From Methanobacteriota archaeon (lineage in GTDB: Archaea; Thermoplasmatota; Thermoplasmata; SG8-5; DAIRED01): 64,000 bases of DNA. Below the pieces are notes generated by a model. It was not told the DNA's origin, ran no database searches, and worked only from the letters and a program-made list of their open reading frames with translations. Below are positions 38,004 through 45,775 of this stretch, piece by piece; position 1 is the stretch's first letter; each line of letters begins with the position of its first letter. Position numbers and translations under genes: made by a program. The stretch is from assembly GCA_043799545.1 (NCBI GenBank), contig JAZDNO010000009.1, positions 8,262 to 72,261 of the forward strand. The letters run 5' to 3'.

Positions 38004-39266
38004 CTAACAATCGCAATCGTCGCTGGGGCTTTCGGACCTGAGTTTCTCTGGATAATCGCCCAGAATCCCCAGCAACCGCGATGCATCCCGCCAGATGCCG
38101 CGGACGAAGGAGCGCTCGCCCAGGCTCCACCTTTCCAAGTTCTGATTTGTGAGCGAGGCCAGCTTCTCAAGCTCCCCCAGCGCCATATCCGTCCGCAGGT
38201 CGTTTTCCAGATGCCCCAGCAGGAGCGCCCATAACTCTCCCGCTTTGTCCGGTCCCTTGGCACAGGGATGAATCCCGTCGGCCTCCGCCGAGGACGCGAG
38301 CGCGCGCCAGGAGTCCCTGATGAGGCCGAAGCGCGACGCAGCCGCGGCCATCGCATCGTCTGTGAAGTGCGTCTGTTCCCGGTAATGGCTCTGAAGGAGG
38401 AAGAACCTCACGGTTTCGCCCCCGAAGCGCCTGAAAAGGTCGCTCAGCTCGACCCTCACGCCTTTGGATTTCGAGAGCTTCTGCCCTTCGAACGTCACGT
38501 GCCCGTTGTGCATCCAGAAGCGGGACATGGGCCGGTCCAGCACCGCGCGGGCCATCAGCATCTCGGATTCGTGGTGCGGGAAGACCAGGTCCACGCCGCC
38601 CGTGTATATGTCGATGGGAGGACCGAGGTGCTTCTCCACGAAGGCGAAATCCTGAACGTGCCAGCCAGGCCGCCCTGGCCCCCAGGGACTTTCCCAAGAC
38701 AGGCGTCCGCTCGGCGCGGGTTCCCAAAGCGCGAAGTCCAGCGGGCTCTCTTTCGCCCCGGCAAGGTCTGCGTCGTGCGGCACGAGAGAATCTTCCAGAG
38801 GATGGCGCAGCAAACATCCGAAATCCTCTTTCCTCGCCCTGAGGTAGACCGCTTGCCCCCGCACGTAGGCCTTCCCGCTTGCCACTAGCATCTCCGCGAC
38901 CGAGATAATCTCTTGTATGTGCTCGGAGACCTTGGGCCTGAGTTCCGGGGGCATTATGTTCAGCAGGGCCATGTCGCGCTCGAAAGCCTTCTCGCAGCGC
39001 TCTGCCAGCTGCAACTCAGTCAACCCCTTGGCTGCGGACTTTCGAGCCGTCTCGTCTGAAACGTCCGTATAGTTCACGACGTGCTTGACTTCGAATCCCT
39101 CGTGGACCAGCATCCTTCGTGTCAGGTCCGCCGCCAGGTACGATTTCCCGTGCCCGAGGTGAACCCTGGCGTAGACGGTCGGGCCGCAGGTGAACATCTT
39201 CACCAGTCCGTCGGGGACCTCGAAAGGTTCCACCCGGCCGGTCATCGAGTTGAACAGGCTCAGCAT
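38004..39266 (-). CDS. CysRS paralog (class I aaRS-like ligase) without anticodon-binding tail
   Basis: TCGPTVY..VHLGH, NYTDV, DFALW, GRPGWHVQD, FPHHESE, KLSKSKG; ends after the DALR-like helices. Confidence 0.9.
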   Translation of the reverse strand: MLSLFNSMTGRVEPFEVPDGLVKMFTCGPTVYARVHLGHGKSYLAADLTRRMLVHEGFEVKHVVNYTDVSDETARKSAAKGLTELQLAERCEKAFERDMALLNIMPPELRPKVSEHIQEIISVAEMLVASGKAYVRGQAVYLRARKEDFGCLLRHPLEDSLVPHDADLAGAKESPLDFALWEPAPSGRLSWESPWGPGRPGWHVQDFAFVEKHLGPPIDIYTGGVDLVFPHHESEMLMARAVLDRPMSRFWMHNGHVTFEGQKLSKSKGVRVELSDLFRRFGGETVRFFLLQSHYREQTHFTDDAMAAAASRFGLIRDSWRALASSAEADGIHPCAKGPDKAGELWALLLGHLENDLRTDMALGELEKLASLTNQNLERWSLGERSFVRGIWRDASRLLGILGDYPEKLRSESPSDDCDC

Positions 39267-39267
39267 C

Positions 39268-40107
39268 TCATCCTTTCTCCAGCCCGCACAGGGCCAGCAT
39301 CCTCTCATCCAGCGGAACGGGTTTCGAGCCGTACGCCATCTCCATCGTTTTGAAGAGCGGCCTGAACCCGAGCCGTCCGACCGCGCTGCAGGCCGTGCGG
39401 TTCGCCTCCGGAATCGAGACCCAGACCTCCGAGCCGGCCTCGACCTTCCCCAGGAGCGCGTCCATCAGGACAAGCCCCTGCCCCCCCTTGGATGCCCACG
39501 GCCCGGCTTCGTAACCAGTGCGCTCCGAGCCGCGCGCGTACAGATAGCCTTCCACGGCGTCCCCGTCGACGCTCGCAAGGGCCAGCTCGGGAAATTCCCC
39601 CCGGAGTGATTTCAACATCCTTGTGCGGTCGGCTCGAAAGAGCCTCGCATCGAGTGAGTGAATTTCCTTGGCCAGCTTGTCGTCGACGTTGACGATCCCA
39701 TGCCCGCGGCACGTTATGCCGGCCTTGCCGCTCATCGTCACGAAGGCATCCCCCTTATGAAATCCGAGCCTCTCGTAGAACGGGACGACGCCCTCGTACG
39801 AGTACAAACGGATGTCCGTCGCGCCAGCGCCCTTCAGGTGCTGGATGCATGCGTTCGTCAGAGCCCGGCCGACACCAACCCTGCGGTGCCTGGAATCCAC
39901 GACAACGTTGCCTATGATGCCCGTTGCGCCGAAAGCCATGGCTGTGGCGAAGCCTTTCGGAACCCCGTCTTCCTCGCTCGCGAAGAATCCCCCGGGAAAC
40001 AGTCGGAGCAGCCGCTCAGCGTCCGCGGCCTCGTAGCTCCATCCGGCGGCGTTGGCAAGCGCCACGAAGATGTCTATATCCCCGTCCTCCAGATTGCGCA
40101 CAGTCAT
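39268..40107 (-). CDS. two-domain GNAT acetyltransferase
   Basis: GNVVVDSRHRRVGVG motif A, FYERLGF, second domain with ADRTRML and AGPW. Confidence 0.9.
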   Translation of the reverse strand: MTVRNLEDGDIDIFVALANAAGWSYEAADAERLLRLFPGGFFASEEDGVPKGFATAMAFGATGIIGNVVVDSRHRRVGVGRALTNACIQHLKGAGATDIRLYSYEGVVPFYERLGFHKGDAFVTMSGKAGITCRGHGIVNVDDKLAKEIHSLDARLFRADRTRMLKSLRGEFPELALASVDGDAVEGYLYARGSERTGYEAGPWASKGGQGLVLMDALLGKVEAGSEVWVSIPEANRTACSAVGRLGFRPLFKTMEMAYGSKPVPLDERMLALCGLEKG

Positions 40108-40263
40108 TCAAACACCCTTGACAGTCGGTTCGTCGCAGTCGTGATGGCCGTGGGTTATGTACGCTTTCTCCCCGCGCTGCATCTTCACCTGGCACGGGCC
40201 GAAACCGAAATCTTCCCCGCCGTACCAGAAGGCGCACTCCTTGCAGCGAAGACCTTTGGCCAT
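40108..40263 (-). CDS. 51-aa Cys/His-rich protein
   Basis: MAKGLRCKECAFWYGGEDFGFGPCQVKMQRGEKAYITHGHHDCDEPTVKGV; its TGA directly abuts the GNAT ATG. Confidence 0.7.
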   Translation of the reverse strand: MAKGLRCKECAFWYGGEDFGFGPCQVKMQRGEKAYITHGHHDCDEPTVKGV

Positions 40264-40286
40264 CAGTTGGGATACGAATTGCGGGA

Positions 40287-40295
40287 TACAAATAA
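40287..40295 (-). promoter_or_regulatory. weak TATA-like element for the small-protein/GNAT/CysRS-paralog unit
   Basis: TTATTTGTA about 24 nt upstream of ATG 40263 (leaderless spacing); GGGATAC direct repeat at 40269 and 40283. Confidence 0.35.
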
Positions 40296-40339
40296 CTATT
40301 CCCCTGCCGCCAGCAATCTCACCGTGCGCGGGGCCTGCG

Positions 40340-41890
40340 TCACAGATGCGAGGCCGGGACAACGTTGCCTGCGTTCAAAATCCGCCGGGGGTCGAGCGCC
40401 TTCTTGACCGAAGCGATTTCCTCCATCCCCTTCCGCCCGTACATCAGCTCGATGTACGGCGTAGGCTTTCCGCGGACATCCAGAACCTTCTTTCCCATCC
40501 CGTGCTCCCCCGAAAGCGTGCCCCCGAGGGATACAGCACGCTCCGCCAGCCCGACGTAGAGATTCTTCGCCATGGCAAGCTCTTCCGCGTTCTCGCTGAT
40601 GAAGTTGAAATGGAGGTGGCAGTCTCCCGCATGCCCGAAGAGGACGAAATGCGCCCCCGGCCTCGGAAACGCCTTGCTGAACGCCGCTCCAGCGCTGCTG
40701 TAAGCTTCCATCATCTCCCCGAACCGGCCATCGGGAACGGCCATGTCCGTGCCCATCTTGTGGCTCCGGCGCTCGCGGAGGTAGGCGTTCACCCTGTCCG
40801 GCAGGGAGTGACGGAACTCCTTGAGCCCCCTGACGTCGCGCTCGTTGTTGGCGCACCAGTCCTCTGTCGAACCCAGCTCGCGCAGCCTCTTTTCGATAGG
40901 CGCGAGCGAGCTGGGCTCCCCGCACGCCATCTCGAAGAATATCGCTCCCCCGGCGCCTTCCGGGACTTCCGGGTTCTCCTCGCGGATGAAACCGAGCGAA
41001 TTCTCGTCGAAGTACTCCACCGAGAGAATCCCCTCCGCGCGCATGGGCCTCAGCCAGTCGGCGAACCTCATTGCCGAGTCACCCGTCCTGAAGAAAGCGA
41101 TGTCGGAGGCTATGCCACCGGGCTTCGGCGCGAGACGCAATTCCACCTGGGATATTGCACCGAGGATGCCCTCGCTTCCCACGAAGAGGTCCACGAGGTC
41201 CATCCCCGGTTTGGAGTACAGCCCGGCGTTGTGCTTGACCGCTGGCATTTTGTAAGTCGGGATACCGAACCTGTACCGGTTGCCCTGCTCCGAGCGGAAG
41301 TCGAAGTATCCGTCGGGGCTGGCGCAGATTTTCCCCCGCTTGACGCCGAGCGTATCACCGTTGGTCAACACGACCCTCAAACCCTGGACCCATTCCCTCG
41401 TCGCGCCATAATTGAAGCATCTGGCCCCCGAAGCGTTCGTGGCGACCGTGCCCCCGACCTGAGCGGATGTCTCCGTCGGGTCTGGAGGATAAATCGCGGT
41501 CTTCGGCAGGGCTCCCGTCAACTCGAGCAGCGGGATGCCGGGCGGAACAACTGCCCTGAGCCCAGAGCGGTCGAGCAGGAACGACGAAGGCCCGGCCAGC
41601 CCAAGATATTCCACGCGCTCGAAGCCGTCCCGAGCTTCGATGCGGACCATCTCCGCCATCGAGACGACGAGCCCGCCTGACTTGGGCACGCGCGCCCCGG
41701 TCACGCCCGTCCCCGCGCCCGAAACCGTCACCTTCTTCTTTTGAAGGCTGGCATCGCGCAGGATCTCTGCCAGCTCGCTCTCGCTCGCTGGGAAATAGAC
41801 CGCTTCCACTGAACCCGGTTCGGCGTAGTGGGCGTTGCTCTCGTCGGTCAGGAATTCCTCGAACGCTTCGGAAGAGGTCTCGACGCGCAT
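40340..41890 (-). CDS. FAD-binding oxidoreductase (GlcD/D-lactate dehydrogenase family)
   Basis: SGAGTGVTG, PPDPT...QVGGTVATNASG, FVGSEGILG, GHAGDCHLH, SGEHGMGK, LNAG. Confidence 0.92.
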   Translation of the reverse strand: MRVETSSEAFEEFLTDESNAHYAEPGSVEAVYFPASESELAEILRDASLQKKKVTVSGAGTGVTGARVPKSGGLVVSMAEMVRIEARDGFERVEYLGLAGPSSFLLDRSGLRAVVPPGIPLLELTGALPKTAIYPPDPTETSAQVGGTVATNASGARCFNYGATREWVQGLRVVLTNGDTLGVKRGKICASPDGYFDFRSEQGNRYRFGIPTYKMPAVKHNAGLYSKPGMDLVDLFVGSEGILGAISQVELRLAPKPGGIASDIAFFRTGDSAMRFADWLRPMRAEGILSVEYFDENSLGFIREENPEVPEGAGGAIFFEMACGEPSSLAPIEKRLRELGSTEDWCANNERDVRGLKEFRHSLPDRVNAYLRERRSHKMGTDMAVPDGRFGEMMEAYSSAGAAFSKAFPRPGAHFVLFGHAGDCHLHFNFISENAEELAMAKNLYVGLAERAVSLGGTLSGEHGMGKKVLDVRGKPTPYIELMYGRKGMEEIASVKKALDPRRILNAGNVVPASHL

Positions 41891-41984
41891 CGGTCGGAGG
41901 AGAGCCCCCAAAGTAAAAACCTTTTCCGTTGATATGCGTGGAAATTATTATTATGGCTCAGTAATATGCCATTGTCAGTCATGT

Positions 41985-42193
41985 GCCGAGGTAACTAAGC
42001 CCGGTTTACGCCTGACGAGCAAGCTCGTCCGCGCCTCGTGGCTTCGCCACTTCGGAGGTGCCAGCCTGGCACTAAAACCTTTTATATGCCTAGGTAACTA
42101 AGCCCGGTTTACGCTGGACGAGCTGCGCTCGTCCGCGCCTCGTGGCTTCGCCACTTCGGAGGTGCCAGCTACTGGCACTAAAACCTTTGATAC
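41985..42193 (+). repeat. two tandem 103/106-nt repeats made of the tRNA-Ser(TGA) 5' half with a 47-48 nt insert
   Basis: units 41985..42087 and 42088..42193: GCC(G/T)AGGTAACTAAGCCCGGTTTA + insert + AGGTGCCAGC + TGGCACTAAAACCTTT. Confidence 0.9.
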
Positions 42194-42308
42194 GCCGAGG
42201 TAACTAAGCCCGGTTTAAGGTGCCAGCCTTGAGTGCGCCAGAAAAAGAACTGGTGCCTGGCGAGCTGGTGGTGTCATCACCTCGGGAGTTCGAATCTCCC
42301 CCTCGGCG
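42194..42308 (+). tRNA. tRNA-Ser(TGA) with 29-nt intron at 37/38 (42234..42262)
   Basis: acceptor GCCGAGG/CCTCGGC, anticodon stem CCAGC/GCTGG, loop CT-TGA-G^A, variable arm GGTG/CACC, T arm GGGAG-TTCGAAT-CTCCC; intron stem GCGCCAG/CTGGTGC gives a relaxed BHB. Confidence 0.93.
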
Positions 42309-42332
42309 CTACACTTTTTTATCGCTTTCAAT

Positions 42333-42443
42333 CGCGCCGAGGGGAGACTAATCTTTGCTGGTAGTAAGTAATAACCGATTAATCTTACCCTCAGAGACAC
42401 ACCAAATCCACGTTGCTAGTCTCTTCGGTCTCCCCCTCGGCGC
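42333..42443 (+). repeat. downstream inverted-repeat element ending in a 15-bp copy of the tRNA 3' end
   Basis: CGCGCCGAGGGGAGACTAATC... TAGTCTCTTCGG, then TCTCCCCCTCGGCGC (42429..42443 = 42295..42309). Confidence 0.75.
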
Positions 42444-42502
42444 ATCATGTTGCTTCTCCGTCAGCCGTTAATCTTTTATCCCCTCGCGGCGTAAGGGGAA
42501 AC

Positions 42503-43273
42503 ATGACCGATTTGAAGGATTTGGACGTGAGCACGAGCATGAAGGAGACCGTCAGGCTCATCAACGTTGCGCTGGATTCGCTCAACGCCAACGCGCTCGC
42601 CGGCAAGCCATCGGCGCTCTCGGCGGCTGAGAAGGGGACGGTGGACGTGGTGAAAAAGAAGCTCCTGGAAGTAGAGGAGGCGTTCTGGCGCCCGCTCGAT
42701 TCCCCGGAGACGTTCGAGAGGCTGGCCAAAGTGGCCGCTTCCATCGGAGACGGTGACCTGATTAAGTACTGCCAGAAGCAGAAGAACATGGTAATCGGCA
42801 CAGAGATACATTTCAAGGGCTACTGCCAGCTGTTCTACGGCAACGCCAAGGAGGCCGTCGTGCACCTAAAGAAGGCCGTGGAGCTGGCGCCCGACCTGGA
42901 CGTGGCCCCGAAGGACTACGAGACCGCGGTGAAGCGCGTGGCCAAGGCCGAAAAGGACCTGCCCGCCATCAACAGGATGATGTCGACGAAGGGTGAGACT
43001 GCGGAGCTATTGCAGAAGAAGGCCGTCGCGCTCATGGCTTTGGGCAACGTCGACGAGGCGATTCCGCTCTTCGACAAGGTCATCAAGCTCGAACCGACGA
43101 ACCCGGAGGCGTGGGGGAAGCGCGGGACCGCGCTGGAGAGCCTGGGCAAGTTCGACGAGGCGGTTCCGTACCTGAGCAAGGCGCTCGCCCTGAAGCCGAC
43201 GTCGATAACGGCAAAGAGGGGGCTCGGCCTTGCGACCTTCTGGACCAAGGGCGGGGAGAAGCCGGTAGATTAG
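42503..43273 (+). CDS. TPR-repeat protein
   Basis: KKAVALMALG..DEAIPLFDKVIKLEP, AWGKRGTALESLG..DEAV. Confidence 0.85.
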   Translation: MTDLKDLDVSTSMKETVRLINVALDSLNANALAGKPSALSAAEKGTVDVVKKKLLEVEEAFWRPLDSPETFERLAKVAASIGDGDLIKYCQKQKNMVIGTEIHFKGYCQLFYGNAKEAVVHLKKAVELAPDLDVAPKDYETAVKRVAKAEKDLPAINRMMSTKGETAELLQKKAVALMALGNVDEAIPLFDKVIKLEPTNPEAWGKRGTALESLGKFDEAVPYLSKALALKPTSITAKRGLGLATFWTKGGEKPVD

Positions 43274-43307
43274 AACCGTTAGGCCAGATGTTGTCTGAAT
43301 ATTCGAG

Positions 43308-44717
43308 GTGAACGGCGTGGCACTCAAGGTACACAACACTATGACCGGCGAGCTGGAAGAGTTCGCTCCAGTGAATCCCGGGCGGGCGGGGATGTACGTC
43401 TGCGGCATCAACACGTACGACAACAGCCACATGGGCCACGCGAAGTCGGCGGTCATGTTCGACGTCGTGCGCAGGCACATAGAGCGCAGGGGGTTCGCAG
43501 TCAAATACGTCGTCAACTTCACGGACGTGGAAGACCACTGCATACAGCGGGCGAACGAGCTGGGCATCACGATTCACGACCTCGCGAAGACCTACATTGC
43601 GGAATATTTCAAGGACATGAGGGCGCTGGGCGTCCGCGACGCGGACGTTTATCCAATCGCGACGGAGCACATCCCTGAGATGATTGCGGGAATCCAGAAG
43701 CTCATCGAAAACGGCCACGCCTACGAGGCCGCTGGCTCCGTGTATTTCAGCGTGAGGAGGGCTGAGGAGTACGGCAAGCTCTCGCACCAGACCCTGGAGG
43801 ACATGCAATCCTCGGGGAGAGTTGAAATCGAGGAGGGGAAGCGCGACCCCATGGACTTCGCGCTCTGGAAGGCCTGGAAGGAGGGGGAGCCTTCGTGGGA
43901 TTCGCCTTGGGGGAAGGGACGCCCTGGCTGGCACATCGAATGCAGCGTGATGTCCATGAAATATCTCGGCGAGACCCTGGACGTCCACGGCGGCGGAAAC
44001 GAGCTCATCTTCCCGCACCACGAGAACGAGAGGCTCCAGTCCGAAGCGCTCACTGGAAAGCCATTCTCCAAGTACTGGCTCCACGGCGGGATGCTGATGA
44101 TTGATGGCGAGGAGATGCACAAGTCCAAGGGCAACTTCTTCACTATCAAGGACGTTCTCAAGCTCTACGAGCCAGGCGTGATACGCTTCTTCCTACTGAA
44201 CACCCACTACCGCAAGCCGATAGACTACAGCGCGAGGGCGCTGGACGAGGCAAAGCAGTCCCTGGCGAGGCTGCGCTCGGTGGGCGAGAGGCTGGAGGGC
44301 GCAAAGACCGCCGCGCATCCGAACCAGGAGCTATGGGAGCGCGTGAAGAAAGCGCGTGCGGACTTCGAGGCGTCGATGGACGAGGACTTCAACACGCGCG
44401 GGGCAATCTCTGCCGTTTTCGAGGTGTCCAGGGAGCTGAACAAGGCGCTGGACGAGGGGAAGCTGTGCGTGATGGCCAAGAACGAGGCGCTATCGCTCTT
44501 CGGAGAATTCGAGAAACTCTTCGGAGTGCTGGCGCGGGGTAAAGATGAGGCCGCAGACGACCCGCAGTCGCCGGAGGTACAAAGGCTTGTCGATGAGCGC
44601 GAGGCCGCGAGGAAGCGCAGGGACTTCAAGGCCGCAGACGCGATACGCGACAGGCTTAAGGCGATGGGAATCATTGTCGAGGACGCTCCAGAGGGCACGA
44701 AATGGAAGAGAGCATAG
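43308..44717 (+). CDS. cysS: cysteine--tRNA ligase (canonical)
   Basis: VCG...HMGH, GRPGWHIECS, DVHGGG, FPHHENE, MHKSKGN, C-terminal ARKRRDFKAADAIRDRL...IVED. Confidence 0.97.
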   Translation: MNGVALKVHNTMTGELEEFAPVNPGRAGMYVCGINTYDNSHMGHAKSAVMFDVVRRHIERRGFAVKYVVNFTDVEDHCIQRANELGITIHDLAKTYIAEYFKDMRALGVRDADVYPIATEHIPEMIAGIQKLIENGHAYEAAGSVYFSVRRAEEYGKLSHQTLEDMQSSGRVEIEEGKRDPMDFALWKAWKEGEPSWDSPWGKGRPGWHIECSVMSMKYLGETLDVHGGGNELIFPHHENERLQSEALTGKPFSKYWLHGGMLMIDGEEMHKSKGNFFTIKDVLKLYEPGVIRFFLLNTHYRKPIDYSARALDEAKQSLARLRSVGERLEGAKTAAHPNQELWERVKKARADFEASMDEDFNTRGAISAVFEVSRELNKALDEGKLCVMAKNEALSLFGEFEKLFGVLARGKDEAADDPQSPEVQRLVDEREAARKRRDFKAADAIRDRLKAMGIIVEDAPEGTKWKRA

Positions 44718-45727
44718 CATTTCTAAAGGCGCGGATACTTTCCCTTGGCGAGGTGTTCGTGGAACCAGGATGCGAGCTGCCGAGGACGTTCAGCAGGTCC
44801 ACCGCCGGACCTGGCGCGGGCGGGCGCTCGCTCGCCTTCTCGTTCCGCGGCACCAAGGTGAAGCTCTCCATCACGTCTGACGAGAGGTCGCCCCTCCACC
44901 TGACCCGCGAGGGCTCGTTCGTGGCTGGCGGCCAGGAGTTCCCAGGCCGGGTGCGAGTGGTGCCGATTCTCCTGCATTGCCCGGAGCAGGCGTTCGTCAA
45001 CGTCGAGGCCGGATGTTCGAAGGGCTGCGCGTTCTGCGCGACGCCCCTGACGCCGCAGGCTGTCGCGTCGAAGCTCACCGAGAACCGCGTCGTCGGTATG
45101 GTGCTGGCCGCAGCAAAGGAGCCCAGCTTCAAGGCCGTCGCAGTGACTGGCGGCGTCACGGAGGACCCGCAGAATTCGCTGGACCGGATGCTGGACGTCG
45201 TGAAGCGCGTGAGGGAGGCGCTGCCAACGGTGCCAATCGGGGTCGAGCCCTACGTCGAGAGCCCGGACGGGGTGGACGAGCTTCGCGAGGCTGGTGCGGA
45301 CGAGATGAAAATCAACATCGAGGCTGCGACCGGAGCCATCTCCGCGAAGGCATGCCCGGGCAGGAACCGCGATGCCGCGCTCGCTGGGCTTGAGAGGGCC
45401 GTGAAAACGTTCGGCAGGGGTATGGTGACATCCAACCTCATTTTCGGGCTGGGCGAGTCCGAAGCTGAACTTGAGGAATGCGTTGGAATGCTGGCAGCGA
45501 TGGGAGTCGTCCCCAACCTCAGGGCGCTGCGCGTCGATGCCGGCAACCGCTGGAGGCTGCGCGAGGCGCTCGGGTTCTCGCCGAGCACGCCGTCGGCGAA
45601 GAGGATGATGGAGGTCGCGCGGATGCACAAGGCGGTTCTGGAGCGGAACGGCCTGACGACGCTCACGTTCAAGACGATGTGCTTCCCTTGCGGCTGCTGC
45701 GACATCGTTCCGTTCAGGGACGTTTGA
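44702..45727 (+). CDS. radical SAM protein, biotin synthase-related
   Basis: HCPEQAF, GCSKGCAFC, KINIE, SNLIFGLGE, C-terminal CFPCGCCD. Confidence 0.85.
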   Translation: MEESIAFLKARILSLGEVFVEPGCELPRTFSRSTAGPGAGGRSLAFSFRGTKVKLSITSDERSPLHLTREGSFVAGGQEFPGRVRVVPILLHCPEQAFVNVEAGCSKGCAFCATPLTPQAVASKLTENRVVGMVLAAAKEPSFKAVAVTGGVTEDPQNSLDRMLDVVKRVREALPTVPIGVEPYVESPDGVDELREAGADEMKINIEAATGAISAKACPGRNRDAALAGLERAVKTFGRGMVTSNLIFGLGESEAELEECVGMLAAMGVVPNLRALRVDAGNRWRLREALGFSPSTPSAKRMMEVARMHKAVLERNGLTTLTFKTMCFPCGCCDIVPFRDV

Positions 45728-45775
45728 GGGAAAGGGACGGGCTATCCACGAAGATGAACGACATAACCCTCAGCC

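Noticed and set aside
41985-42193. CRISPR array
   Set aside because: Only two units; the intervening sequences are near-identical rather than unique spacers; the repeat is tRNA sequence; no cas genes
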